Shown here in pieces: positions 25,801-41,000 of a stretch of 64,000 nucleotides of DNA (position 1 is its first letter; each line of letters begins with the position of its first letter). The stretch spans positions 20,708,001 through 20,772,000 of the forward strand of contig OZ059900.1 in NCBI GenBank assembly GCA_964057225.1, read 5' to 3'. Origin of the DNA: Auanema rhodensis (taxonomy: Eukaryota; Animalia; Nematoda). Under the pieces are notes generated by a model, which was given only the letters and a program-made list of their open reading frames with translations, searched no databases and was not told where the DNA came from. Made by a program: the position numbers and the translations under genes.

Positions 25801-28699
25801 ACTTACGATTTCATGTGTTCAAACTCATGCAATGTCAATGAAACCTAGCTCAAAATTGTTCGTACAACGTCTAGTTCCACTTTCACGACAAAAAAACAGG
25901 AGTTAGAAAATTAAGGAAATTAGCATATTCTGAGGGCACGCCCCTTATGGCTAATATTGATTAAATCGATTTTTGTTCATATGAGTCGTCAAATGCAACG
26001 AATTTCAGCGTGTTACATACTAAAATGAAGCATTTTACATGCTGAACACTAGAAAAATACAAAAACACAGTATTTTCCATGAGAAATATTTTATTATGCT
26101 GGAAAACCAGTTTTTGGAAATTTCGCTGTAAACAAGGTTTTGACTTACGATTTCATGTGTTCAAACTCATGCAATGTCAATGAAACCTAGCTCAAAATTG
26201 TTCGTACAACGTCTAGTCCCACTTTCACGACAAAAAAACAGGGGTTAGAAAATTAAGGAAATTAGCATATTCTGAGGGCACGCCCCTTATGGCTAATATT
26301 GATTAAATCGATTTTTGTTCATATGAGTCGTCAAATGCAACGAATTTCAGCGTGTTACATACTAAAATGAAGCATTTTACATGCTGAACACTAGAAAAAT
26401 ACAAAAACACAGTATTTCCCATGAGAAATATTTTATTATGCTGGAAAACCAGTTTTTGGAAATTTCGCTGTAAACAAGGTTTTGACTTACGATTTCATGT
26501 GTTCAAACTCATGCAATGTCAATGAAACCTAGCTCAAAATTGTTTGTACAACGTCTAGTTCCACTTTCACGACAAAAAAACAGGGGTTAGAAAATTAAGG
26601 GAATTAGCATATTCTGAGGGCACGCCCCTTATGGCTAATATTGATTAAATCGATTTTTGTTCATATGAGTCGTCAAATGCAACGAATTTCAGCGTGTTAC
26701 ATACTAAAATGAAGCATTTTACATGCTGAACACTAGAAAAATACAAAAACACAGTATTTCCCATGAGAAATATTTTATTATGCTGGAAAACCAGTTTTTG
26801 GAAATTTCGCTGTAAACAAGGTTTTGACTTACGATTTCATGTGTTCAAACTCATGCAATGTCAATGAAACCTAGCTCAAAATTGTTCGTACAACGTCTAG
26901 TCCCACTTTCACGACAAAAAAACAGGAGTTAGAAAATTAAGGAAATTAGCATATTCTGAGGGCACGCCCCTTATGGCTAATATTGATTAAATCGATTTTT
27001 GTTCATATGAGTCGTCAAATGCAACGAATTTCAGCGTGTTACATACTAAAATGAAGCATTTTACATGCTGAACACTAGAAAAATAGAAAAACACAGTATT
27101 TCCCATGAGAAATATTTTATTATGCTGGAAAACCAGTTTTTGGAAATTTCGCTGTAAACAAGGTTTTGACTTACGATTTCATGTGTTCAAACTCATGCAA
27201 TGTCAATGAAACCTAGCTCAAAATTGTTCGTACAACGTCTAGTTCCACTTTCACGACAAAAAAACAGGGGTTAGAAAATTAAGGAAATTAGCATATTCTG
27301 AGGGCACGCCCCTTATGGCTAATATTGATTAAATCGATTTTTGTTCATATGAGTCGTCAAATGCAACGAATTTCAGCGTGTTACATACTAAAATGAAGCA
27401 TTTTACTTGCTGAACACTAGAAAAATACAAAAACACAGTATTTCCCATGAGAAATATTTTATTATGCTGGAAAACCAGTTTTTGGAAATTTCGCTGTAAA
27501 CAAGGTTTTGACTTACGATTTCATGTGTTCAAACTCATGCAATGTCAATGAAACCTAGCTCAAAATTGTTTGTACAACGTCTAGTTTCACTTTCACGACA
27601 AAAAAACAGGGGTTAGAAAATTAAGGGAATTAGCATATTCTGAGGGCACGCCCCTTATGGCTAATATTGATTAAATCGATTTTTGTTCATATGAGTCGTC
27701 AAATGCAACGAATTTCAGCGTGTTACATACTAAAATGAAGCATTTCACATGCTGAACACTAGAAAAATACAAAAACACAGTATTTCCCATGAGAAATATT
27801 TTATTATGCTGGAAAACCAGTTTTTGGAAATTTCGCTGTAAACAAGGTTTTGACTTACGATTTCATGTGTTCAAACTCATGCAATGTCAATGAAACCTAG
27901 CTCAAAATTGTTCGTACAACGTCTAGTCCCACTTTCACGACAAAAAAACAGGGGTTAGAAAATTAAGGAAATTAGCATATTCTGAGGGCACGCCCCTTAT
28001 GGCTAATATTGATTAAATCGATTTTTGTTCATATGAGTCGTCAAATGCAACGAATTTCAGCGTGTTACATACTAAAATGAAGCATTTTACATGCTGAACA
28101 CTAGAAAAATACAAAAACACAGTATTTCCCATGAGAAATATTTTATTATGCTGGAAAACCAGTTTTTGGAAATTTCGCTGTAAACAAGGTTTTGACTTAC
28201 GATTTCATGTGTTCAAACTCATGCAATGTCAATGAAACCTAGCTCAAAATTGTTCGTACAACGTCTAGTTCCACTTTCACGACAAAAAAACAGGGGTTAG
28301 AAAATTAAGGGAATTAGCATATTCTGAGGGCACGCCCCTTATGGCTAATATTGATTAAATCGATTTTTGTTCATATGAGTCGTCAAATGCAACGAATTTC
28401 AGCGTGTTACATACTAAAATGAAGCATTTTACATGCTGAACACTAGAAAAATACAAAAACACAGTATTTCCCATGAGAAATATTTTATTATGCTGGAAAA
28501 CCAGTTTTTATAAATTTCGCTGTAAACAAGGTTTTGACTTACGATTTCATGTGTTCAAACTCATGCAATGTCAATGAAACCTAGCTCAAAATTGTTTGTA
28601 CAACGTCTAGTTCCACTTTCACGACAAAAAAACAGGGGTTAGAAAATTAAGGAAATTAGCATATTCTGAGGGCACGCCCCTTATGGCTAATATTGATTA

Positions 28700-31600
28700 A
28701 ATCGATTTTTGTTCATATGAGTCGTCAAATGCAACGAATTTCAGCGTGTTACATACTAAAATGAAGCATTTTACATGCTGAACACTAGAAAAATACAAAA
28801 ACACAGTATTTCCCATGAGAAATATTTTATTATGCTGGAAAACCAGTTTTTGGAAATTTCGCTGTAAACAAGGTTTTGACTTACGATTTCATGTGTTCAA
28901 ACTCATGCAATGTCAATGAAACCTAGCTCAAAATTGTTCCTACAACGTCTAGTTCCACTTTCACGACAAAAAAACAGGGGTTAGAAAATTAAGGAAATTA
29001 GCATATTCTGAGGGCACGCCCCTTATGGCTAATATTGATTAAATCGATTTTTGTTTATATGAGTCGTCAAATGCAACGAATTTCAGCGTGTTACATACTA
29101 AAATGGAGCATTTTACATGCTGAACACTAGAAAAATACAAAAACACAGTATTTCTCATGAGAAATATTTTATTATGCTGGAAAACCAGTTTTTGGAAATT
29201 TCGCTGTAAACAAGGTTTTGACTTACGATTTCATGTGTTCAAACTCATGCAATGTCAATGAAACCTAGCTCAAAATTGTTTGTACAACGTCTAGTTCCAC
29301 TTTCACGACAAAAAAACAGGGGTTAGAAAATTAAGGAAATTAGCATATTCTGAGGGCACGCCCCTTATGGCTAATATTGATTAAATCGATTTTTGTTCAT
29401 ATGAGTCGTCAAATGCAACGAATTTCAGCGTGTTACATACTAAAATGAAGCATTTTACATGCTGAACACTAGAAAAATACAAAAACACAGTATTTCCCAT
29501 GAGAAATATTTTATTATGCTGGAAAACCAGTTTTTGGAAATTTCGCTGTAAACAAGGTTTTGACTTACGATTTCATGTGTTCAAACTCATGCAATGTCAA
29601 TGAAACCTAGCTCAAAATTGTTCCTACAACGTCTAGTTCCACTTTCACGACAAAAAAACAGGGGTTAGAAAATTAATGAAATTAGCATATTCTGAGGGCA
29701 CGCCCCTTATGGCTAATATTGATTGAATCGATTTTTGTTCATATGAGTCGTCAAATGCAACGAATTTCATCGTGTTACATTCTAAAATGAAGCATTTTAC
29801 ATGCTGAACACTAGAAAAATACAAAAACACAGTATTTCTCATGAGAAATATTTTATTATGCTGGAAAACCAGTTTTTGGAAATTTCGCTGTAAACAAGGT
29901 TTTGACTTACGATTTCATGTGTTCAAACTCATGCAATGTCAATGAAACCTAGCTCAAAACTGTTCCTACAACGTCTAGTTCCACTTTCACGACAAAAAAA
30001 CAGGGGTTAGAAAATTAAGGAAATTAGCATATTCTGAGGGCACGCCCCTTATGGCTAATATTGATTAAATCGATTTTTGTTCATATGAGTCGTCAAATGC
30101 AACGAATTTCAGCGTGTTACATACTAAAATGAAGCATTTTACATGCTGAACACTAGAAAAATACAAAAACACAGTATTTCCCATGAGAAATATTTTATTA
30201 TGCTGGAAAACCAGTTTTTGGAAATTTCGCTGTAAACAAGGTTTTGACTTACGATTTCATGTGTTCAAACTCATGCAATGTCAATGAAACCTAGCTCAAA
30301 ATTGTTCCTACAACGTCTAGTTCCACTTTCACGACAAAAAAACAGGGGTTAGAAAATTTAGGAAATTAGCATATTCTGAGGGCACGCCCCTTATGGCTAA
30401 TATTGATTAAATCGATTTTTGTTCATATGAGTCGTCAAATGCAACGAATTTCAGCGTGTTACATACTAAAATGAAGTATTTCACATGCTGAACACTAGAA
30501 AAATACAAAAACACAGTATTTCCCATGAGAAATATTTTATTATGCTGGAAAACCAGTTTTTGGAATTTTCGCTGTAAACAAGGTTTTGACTTACGATTTC
30601 ATGTGTTCAAACTCATGCAATGTCAATGAAACCTAGCTCAAAATTGTTTGTACAACGTCTAGTTCCACTTTCACGACAAAAAAACAGGGGTTAGAAAATT
30701 AAGGAAATTAGCATATTCTGAGAGCACGCCCCTTATGGCTAATATTGATTAAATCGATTTTTGTTCATATGAGTAGTCAAATGCAACGAATTTCAGCGTG
30801 TTACATACTAAAATGAAGCATTTTACATGCTGAACACTAGAAAAATACAAAAACACAGTATTTCCCATGAGAAATATTTTATTATGCTGGAAAACCAGTT
30901 TTTGGAATTTTCGCTGTAAACAAGGTTTTGACTTACGATTTCATGTGTTCAAACTCATGCAATGTCAATGAAACCTAGCTCAAAATTGTTCGTACAACGT
31001 CTAGTTCCACTTTCACAACAAAAAAACAGGGGTTAGAAAATTAAGGAAATTAGCATATTCTGAGGGCACGCCCCTTATGGCTAATATTGATTAAATCGAT
31101 TTTTGTTCATATGAGTCGTCAAATGCAACGAATTTCAGCGTGTTACATACTAAAATGAAGCATTTTACATGCTGAACACTAGAAAAATACAAAAACACAG
31201 TATTTCCCATGAGAAATATTTTATTATGCTGGAAAACCAGTTTTTGGAAATTTCGCTGTAAACAAGGTTTTGACTTACGATTTCATGTGTTCAAACTCAT
31301 GCAATGTCAATGAAACCTAGCTCAAAATTGTTCCTACAACGTCTAGTTCCACTTTCACGACAAAAAAACAGGGGTTAGAAAATTAAGGAAATTAGCATAT
31401 TCTGAGGGCACGCCCCTTATGGCTAATATTGATTAAATCGATTTTTGTTTATATGAGTCGTCAAATGCAACGAATTTCAGCGTGTTACATACTAAAATGG
31501 AGCATTTTACATGCTGAACACTAGAAAAATACAAAAACACAGTATTTCTCATGAGAAATATTTTATTATGCTGGAAAACCAGTTTTTGGAAATTTCGCTG

Positions 31601-32350
31601 TAAACAAGGTTTTGACTTACGATTTCATGTGTTCAAACTCATGCAATGTCAATGAAACCTAGCTCAAAATTGTTTGTACAACGTCTAGTTCCACTTTCAC
31701 GACAAAAAAACAGGGGTTAGAAAATTAAGGAAATTAGCATATTCTGAGGGCACGCCCCTTATGGCTAATATTGATTAAATCGATTTTTGTTCATATGAGT
31801 CGTCAAATGCAACGAATTTCAGCGTGTTACATACTAAAATGAAGCATTTTACATGCTGAACACTAGAAAAATACAAAAACACAGTATTTCCCATGAGAAA
31901 TATTTTATTATGCTGGAAAACCAGTTTTTGGAAATTTCGCTGTAAACAAGGTTTTGACTTACGATTTCATGTGTTCAAACTCATGCAATGTCAATGAAAC
32001 CTAGCTCAAAATTGTTCCTACAACGTCTAGTTCCACTTTCACGACAAAAAAACAGGGGTTAGAAAATTAATGAAATTAGCATATTCTGAGGGCACGCCCC
32101 TTATGGCTAATATTGATTGAATCGATTTTTGTTCATATGAGTCGTCAAATGCAACGAATTTCATCGTGTTACATTCTAAAATGAAGCATTTTACATGCTG
32201 AACACTAGAAAAATACAAAAACACAGTATTTCTCATGAGAAATATTTTATTATGCTGGAAAACCAGTTTTTGGAAATTTCGCTGTAAACAAGGTTTTGAC
32301 TTACGATTTCATGTGTTCAAACTCATGCAATGTCAATGAAACCTAGCTCA
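28700..32350 (-). repeat. Local 7-mer duplication (period 2394 bp)
   Basis: TTGTTTATAT at 29056/31450 and ATGGAGC are repeated. The multi-variant monomer giving identical ORFs at 29645 and 32039 is offset by 2394 = 7 x 342. Confidence 0.9.
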
Positions 32351-35049
32351 AAATTGTTTGTACAACGTCTAGTTCCACTTTCACGACAAAAAAACAGGGG
32401 TTAGAAAATTAAGGAAATTAGCATATTCTGAGGGCACGCCCCTTATGGCTAATATTGATTAAATCGATTTTTGTTCATATGAGTAGTCAAATGCAACGAA
32501 TTTCAGCGTGTTACATACTAAAATGAAGCATTTTACATGCTGAACACTAGAAAAATACAAAAACACAGTATTTCCCATGAGAAATATTTTATTATGCTGG
32601 AAAACCAGTTTTTGGAATTTTCGCTGTAAACAAGGTTTTGACTTACGATTTCATGTGTTCAAACTCATGCAATGTCAATGAAACCTAGCTCAAAATTGTT
32701 CGTACAACGTCTAGTTCCACTTTCACGACAAAAAAACAGGGGTTAGAAAATTAAGGAAATTAGCATATTCTGAGGGCACGCCCCTTATGGCTAATATTGA
32801 TTAAATCGATTTTTGTTCATATGAGTCGTCAAATGCAACGAATTTCAGTGTGTTACATACTAAAATGAAGCATTTCACATGCTGAACACTAGAAAAATAC
32901 AAAAACACAGTATTTCCCATGAGAAATATTTTATTATGCTGGAAAACCAGTTTTTGGAAATTTCGCTGTAAACAAGGTTTTGACTTACGATTTCATGTGT
33001 TCAAACTCATGCAATGTCAATGAAACCTAGCTCAAAATTGTTCGTACAACGTCTAGTTCCACTTTCACGACAAAAAAACAGGGGTTAGAAAATTTAGGAA
33101 ATAAGCATATTCTGAGGGCACGCCCCTTATGGCTAATATTGATTAAATCGATTTTTGTTCATATGAGTCGTCAAATGCAACGAATTTCAGCGTGTTACAT
33201 ACTAAAATGAAGTATTTTACATGCTGAACACTAGAAAAATACAAAAACACAGTATTTCCCATGAGAAATATTTTATTATGCTGGAAAACCAGTTTTTGGA
33301 ATTTTCGCTGTAAACAAGGTTTTGACTTACGATTTCATGTGTTCAAACTCATGCAATGTCAATGAAACCTAGCTCAAAATTGTTCGTACAACGTCTAGTT
33401 CCACTTTCACGACAAAAAAACAGGGGTTAGAAAATTAAGGAAATTAGCATATTCTGAGGGCACGCCCCTTATGGCTAATATTGATTAAATCGATTTTTGT
33501 TCATATGAGTAGTCAAATGCAACGAATTTCAGCGTGTTACATACTAAAATGAAGCATTTTACATGCTGAACACTAGAAAAATACAAAAACACAGTATTTC
33601 CCATGAGAAATATTTTATTATGCTGGAAAACCAGTTTTTGGAATTTTCGCTGTAAACAAGGTTTTGACTTACGATTTCATGTGTTCAAACTCATGCAATG
33701 TCAATGAAACCTAGCTCAAAATTGTTCGTACAACGTCTAGTTCCACTTTCACGACAAAAAAACAGGGGTTAGAAAATTTAGGAAATTAGCATATTCTGAG
33801 GGCACGCCCCTTATGGCTAATATTGATTAAATCGATTTTTGTTCATATGAGTCGTCAAATGCAACGAATTTCAGCGTGTTACATACTAAAATGAAGTATT
33901 TTACATGCTGAACACTAGAAAAATACAAAAACACAGTATTTCCCATGAGAAATATTTTATTATGCTGGAAAACCAGTTTTTGGAATTTTCGCTGTAAACA
34001 AGGTTTTGACTTACGATTTCATGTGTTCAAACTCATGCAATGTCAATGAAACCTAGCTCAAAATTGTTTGTACAACGTCTAGTTCCACTTTCACGACAAA
34101 AAAACAGGGGTTAGAAAATTAAGGAAATTAGCATATTCTGAGGGCACGCCCCTTATGGCTAATATTGATTAAATCGATTTTTGTTCATATGAGTAGTCAA
34201 ATGCAACGAATTTCAGCGTGTTACATACTAAAATGAAGCATTTTACATGCTGAACACTAGAAAAATACAAAAACACAGTATTTCCCATGAGAAATATTTT
34301 ATTATGCTGGAAAACCAGTTTTTGGAATTTTCGCTGTAAACAAGGTTTTGACTTACGATTTCATGTGTTCAAACTCATGCAATGTCAATGAAACCTAGCT
34401 CAAAATTGTTCGTACAACGTCTAGTTCCACTTTCACGACAAAAAAACAGGGGTTAGAAAATTAAGGAAATTAGCATATTCTGAGGGCACGCCCCTTATGG
34501 CTAATATTGATTAAATCGATTTTTGTTCATATGAGTCGTCAAATGCAACGAATTTCAGCGTGTTACATACTAAAACGAAGTATTTTACATGCTGAACACT
34601 AGAAAAATACAAAAACACAGTATTTCCCATGAGAAATATTTTATTATGCTGGAAAACCAGTTTTTGGAATTTTCGCTGTAAACAAGGTTTTGACTTACGA
34701 TTTCATGTGTTCAAACTCATGCAATGTCAATGAAACCTAGCTCAAAATTGTTCGTACAACGTCTAGTTCCACTTTCACGACAAAAAAACAGGGGTTAGAA
34801 AATTAAGGAAATTAGCATATTCTGAGGGCACGCCTCTTATGGCTAATATTGATTAAATCGATTTTTGTTCATATGAGTCGTCAAATGCAACGAATTTCAG
34901 CGTGTTACATACTAAAATGAAGCATTTTACATGCTGAACACTAGAAAAATACAAAAACACAGTATTTCCCATGAGAAATATTTTATTATGCTGGAAAACC
35001 AGTTTTTGGAAATTTCGCTGTAAACAAGGTTTTGACTTACGATTTCATG

Positions 35050-38000
35050 TGTTCAAACTCATGCAATGTCAATGAAACCTAGCTCAAAACTGTTCCTACA
35101 ACGTCTAGTTCCACTTTCACGACAAAAAAACAGGGGTTAGAAAATTAAGGAAATTAGCATATTCTGAGGGCACGCCCCTTATGGCTAATATTGATTAAAT
35201 CGATTTTTGTTCATATGAGTCGTCAAATGCAACGAATTTCAGCGTGTTACATACTAAAATGAAGCATTTTACATGCTGAACACTATAAAAATACAAAAAC
35301 ACAGTATTTCCCATGAGAAATATTTTATTATGCTGGAAAACCAGTTTTTGGAAATTTCGCTGTAAACAAGGTTTTGACTTACGATTTCATGTGTTCAAAC
35401 TCATGCAATGTCAATGAAACCTAGCTCAAAATTGTTCCTACAACGTCTAATTCCACTTTCACGACAAAAAAACAGGGGTTAGAAAATTAAGGAAATTAGC
35501 ATATTCTGAGGGCACGCCCCTTATGGCTAATATTGATTAAATCGATTTTTGTTCATATGAGTCGTCAAATGCAACGAATTTCAGCGTGTTACATACTAAA
35601 ATGAAGCATTTTACATGCTGAACACTATAAAAATACAAAAACACAGTATTTCCCATGAGAAATATTTTATTATGCTGGAAAACCAGTTTTTGGAAATTTC
35701 GCTGTAAACAAGGTTTTGACTTACGATTTCATGTGTTCAAACTCATGCAATGTCAATGAAACCTAGCTCAAAATTGTTCCTACAACGTCTAGTTCCACTT
35801 TCACGACAAAAAACAGGGGTTAGAAAATTAAGGAAATTAGCATATTCTGAGGGCACGCCCCTTATGGCTAATATTGATTAAATCGATTTTTGTTCATATG
35901 AGTCGTCAAATGCAACGAATTTCAGCGTGTTACATACTAAAATGAAGCATTTTACATGCTGAACACTAGAAAAATACAAAAACACAGTATTTCTCATGAG
36001 AAATATTTTATTATGCTGGAAAACCAGTTTTTGGAAATTTCGCTGTAAACAAGGTTTTGATTTACGATTTCATGTGTTCAAACTCATGCAATGTCAATGA
36101 AACCTAGCTCAAAATTGTTTGTACAACGTCTAGTTCCACTTTCACGACAAAAAAACAGGGGTTAGAAAATTAAGGAAATTAGCATATTCTGAGGGCACGC
36201 CCCTTATGGCTAATATTGATTAAATCGATTTTTGTTCATATGAGTCGTCAAATGCAACGAATTTCAGCGTGTTACATACTAAAATGAAGCATTTTACATG
36301 CTGAACACTAGAAAAATACAAAAACACAGTATTTCCCATGAGAAATATTTTATTATGCTGGAAAACCAGTTTTTGGAAATTTCGCTGTAAACAAGGTTTT
36401 GACTTACGATTTCATGTGTTCAAACTCATGCAATGTCAATGAAACCTAGCTCAAAATTGTTCCTACAACGTCTAGTTCCACTTTCACGACAAAAAAACAG
36501 GGGTTAGAAAATTAAGGAAATTAGCATATTCTGAGGGCACGCCCCTTATGGCTAATATTGATTAAATCGATTTTTGTTCATATGAGTCGTCAAATGCAAC
36601 GAATTTCAGCGTGTTACATACAATGAAGCATTTCACATGCTGAACACTAGAAAAATACAAAAACACAGTATTTCCCATGAGAAATATTTTATTATGCTGG
36701 AAAACCAGTTTTTGGAAATTTCGCTGTAAACAAGTTTTTGACTTACGATTTCATGTGTTCAAACTCATGCAATGTCAATGAAACCTAGCTCAAAATTGTT
36801 CCTACAACGTCCAGTTCCACTTTCACGACAAAAAAACAGGGGTTAGAAAATTAAGGAAATTAGCATATTCTGAGGGCACGCCTCTTATGGCTAATATTGA
36901 TTAAATCGATTTTTGTTCATATGAGTCGTCAAATGCAACGAATTTCAGCGTGTTACATACTAAAATGAAGCATTTTACATGCTGAACACTATAAAATTAC
37001 AAAAACACAGTATTTCCCATGAGAAATATTTTATTATGCTGGAAAACCAGTTTTTGGAAATTTCGCTGTAAACAAGGTTTTGACTTACGATTTCATGTGT
37101 TCAAACTCATGCAATGTCAATGAAACCTAGCTCAAAATTGTTCCTACAACGTCTAATTCCACTTTCACGACAAAAAAACAGGGGTTAGAAAATTAAGGAA
37201 ATTAGCATATTCTGAGGGCTTATGGCTAATATTGATTAAATCGATTTTTGTTCATATGAGTCGTCAAATGCAACGAATTTCAGCGTGTTACATACTAAAA
37301 TGAAGCATTTTACATGCTGAACACTATAAAAATACAAAAACACAGTATTTCCCATGAGAAATATTTTATTATGCTGGAAAACCAGTTTTTGGAAATTTCG
37401 CTGTAAACAAGGTTTTGACTTACGATTTCATGTGTTCAAACTCATGCAATGTCAATGAAACCTAGCTCAAAATTGTTCCTACAACGTCTAGTTCCACTTT
37501 CACGACAAAAAACAGGGGTTAGAAAATTAAGGAAATTAGCATATTCTGAGGGCACGCCCCTTATGGCTAATATTGATTAAATCGATTTTTGTTCATATGA
37601 GTCGTCAAATGCAACGAATTTCAGCGTGTTACATACTAAAATGAAGCATTTTACATGCTGAACACTAGAAAAATACAAAAACACAGTATTTCTCATGAGA
37701 AATATTTTATTATGCTGGAAAACCAGTTTTTGGAAATTTCGCTGTAAACAAGGTTTTGATTTACGATTTCATGTGTTCAAACTCATGCAATGTCAATGAA
37801 ACCTAGCTCAAAATTGTTTGTACAACGTCTAGTTCCACTTTCACGACAAAAAAACAGGGGTTAGAAAATTAAGGAAATTAGCATATTCTGAGGGCACGCC
37901 CCTTATGGCTAATATTGATTAAATCGATTTTTGTTCATATGAGTCGTCAAATGCAACGAATTTCAGCGTGTTACATACTAAAATGAAGCATTTTACATGC

Positions 38001-41000
38001 TGAACACTAGAAAAATACAAAAACACAGTATTTCCCATGAGAAATATTTTATTATGCTGGAAAACCAGTTTTTGGAAATTTCGCTGTAAACAAGGTTTTG
38101 ACTTACGATTTCATGTGTTCAAACTCATGCAATGTCAATGAAACCTAGCTCAAAATTGTTCCTACAACGTCTAGTTCCACTTTCACGACAAAAAAACAGG
38201 GGTTAGAAAATTAAGGAAATTAGCATATTCTGAGGGCACGCCCCTTATGGCTAATATTGATTAAATCGATTTTTGTTCATATGAGTCGTCAAATGCAACG
38301 AATTTCAGCGTGTTACATACAATGAAGCATTTCACATGCTGAACACTAGAAAAATACAAAAACACAGTATTTCCCATGAGAAATATTTTATTATGCTGGA
38401 AAACCAGTTTTTGGAAATTTCGCTGTAAACAAGTTTTTGACTTACGATTTCATGTGTTCAAACTCATGCAATGTCAATGAAACCTAGCTCAAAATTGTTC
38501 CTACAACGTCTAGTTCCACTTTCACGACAAAAAAACAGGGGTTAGAAAATTAAGGAAATTAGCATATTCTGAGGGCACGCCTCTTATGGCTAATATTGAT
38601 TAAATCGATTTTTGTTCATATGAGTCGTCAAATGCAACGAATTTCAGCGTGTTACATACTAAAATGAAGCATTTTACATGCTGAACACTATAAAATTACA
38701 AAAACACAGTATTTCCCATGAGAAATATTTTATTATGCTGGAAAACCAGTTTTTGGAATTTTCGCTGTAAACAAGGTTTTGACTTACGATTTCATGTGTT
38801 CAAACTCATGCAATGTCAATGAAACCTAGCTCAAAATTGTTCGTACAACGTCTAGTTCCACTTTCACGACAAAAAAACAGGGGTTAGAAAATTAAGGAAA
38901 TTAGCATATTCTGAGGGCACGCCCCTTATGGCTAATATTGATTAAATCGATTTTTGTTCATATGAGTCGTCAAATGCAACGAATTTCAGCGTGTTACATA
39001 CTAAAATGAAGCATTTTACATGCTGAACACTATAAAAATACAAAAACACAGTATTTCCCATGAGAAATATTTTATTATGCTGGAAAACCAGTTTTTGGAA
39101 ATTTCGCTGTAAACAAGGTTTTGACTTACGATTTCATGTGTTCAAACTCATGCAATGTCAATGAAACCTAGCTCAAAATTGTTCCTACAACGTCTAATTC
39201 CACTTTCACGACAAAAAAACAGGGGTTAGAAAATTAAGGAAATTAGCATATTCTGAGGGCACGCCCCTTATGGCTAATATTGATTAAATCGATTTTTGTT
39301 CATATGAGTCGTCAAATGCAACGAATTTCAGCGTGTTACATACTAAAATGAAGCATTTTACATGCTGAACACTATAAAAATACAAAAACACAGTATTTCC
39401 CATGAGAAATATTTTATTATGCTGGAAAACCAGTTTTTGGAAATTTCGCTGTAAACAAGGTTTTGACTTACGATTTCATGTGTTCAAACTCATGCAATGT
39501 CAATGAAACCTAGCTCAAAATTGTTCCTACAACGTCTAGTTCCACTTTCACGACAAAAAACAGGGGTTAGAAAATTAAGGAAATTAGCATATTCTGAGGG
39601 CACGCCCCTTATGGCTAATATTGATTAAATCGATTTTTGTTCATATGAGTCGTCAAATGCAACGAATTTCAGCGTGTTACATACTAAAATGAAGCATTTT
39701 ACATGCTGAACACTAGAAAAATACAAAAACACAGTATTTCTCATGAGAAATATTTTATTATGCTGGAAAACCAGTTTTTGGAAATTTCGCTGTAAACAAG
39801 GTTTTGATTTACGATTTCATGTGTTCAAACTCATGCAATGTCAATGAAACCTAGCTCAAAATTGTTTGTACAACGTCTAGTTCCACTTTCACGACAAAAA
39901 AACAGGGGTTAGAAAATTAAGGAAATTAGCATATTCTGAGGGCACGCCCCTTATGGCTAATATTGATTAAATCGATTTTTGTTCATATGAGTCGTCAAAT
40001 GCAACGAATTTCAGCGTGTTACATACTAAAATGAAGCATTTTACATGCTGAACACTAGAAAAATACAAAAACACAGTATTTCCCATGAGAAATATTTTAT
40101 TATGCTGGAAAACCAGTTTTTGGAAATTTCGCTGTAAACAAGGTTTTGACTTACGATTTCATGTGTTCAAACTCATGCAATGTCAATGAAACCTAGCTCA
40201 AAATTGTTCCTACAACGTCTAGTTCCACTTTCACGACAAAAAAACAGGGGTTAGAAAATTAAGGAAATTAGCATATTCTGAGGGCACGCCCCTTATGGCT
40301 AATATTGATTAAATCGATTTTTGTTCATATGAGTCGTCAAATGCAACGAATTTCAGCGTGTTACATACAATGAAGCATTTCACATGCTGAACACTAGAAA
40401 AATACAAAAACACAGTATTTCCCATGAGAAATATTTTATTATGCTGGAAAACCAGTTTTTGGAAATTTCGCTGTAAACAAGTTTTTGACTTACGATTTCA
40501 TGTGTTCAAACTCATGCAATGTCAATGAAACCTAGCTCAAAATTGTTCCTACAACGTCTAGTTCCACTTTCACGACAAAAAAACAGGGGTTAGAAAATTA
40601 AGGAAATTAGCATATTCTGAGGGCACGCCTCTTATGGCTAATATTGATTAAATCGATTTTTGTTCATATGAGTCGTCAAATGCAACGAATTTCAGCGTGT
40701 TACATACTAAAATGAAGCATTTTACATGCTGAATACTATAAAATTACAAAAACACAGTATTTCCCATGAGAAATATTTTATTATGCTGGAAAACCAGTTT
40801 TTGGAATTTTCGCTGTAAACAAGGTTTTGACTTACGATTTCATGTGTTCAAACTCATGCAATGTCAATGAAACCTAGCTCAAAATTGTTCGTACAACGTC
40901 TAGTTCCACTTTCACGACAAAAAAACAGGGGTTAGAAAATTAAGGAAATTAGCATATTCTGAGGGCACGCCCCTTATGGCTAATATTGATTAAATCGATT

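Noticed and set aside
29645-32236. Two identical 65-aa ORFs (29645-29842, 32039-32236)
   Set aside because: A single TAA>CAA satellite variant was duplicated with the 7-mer block. They are useful as duplication markers, not as genes.
19699-39500. Fold-back (palindromic read) sequencing artefact as the cause of the inversion
   Set aside because: An artefact would mirror the left-arm variants in reverse order, but the right arm has a different variant set. A misjoin of two real arrays still needs read-level exclusion.
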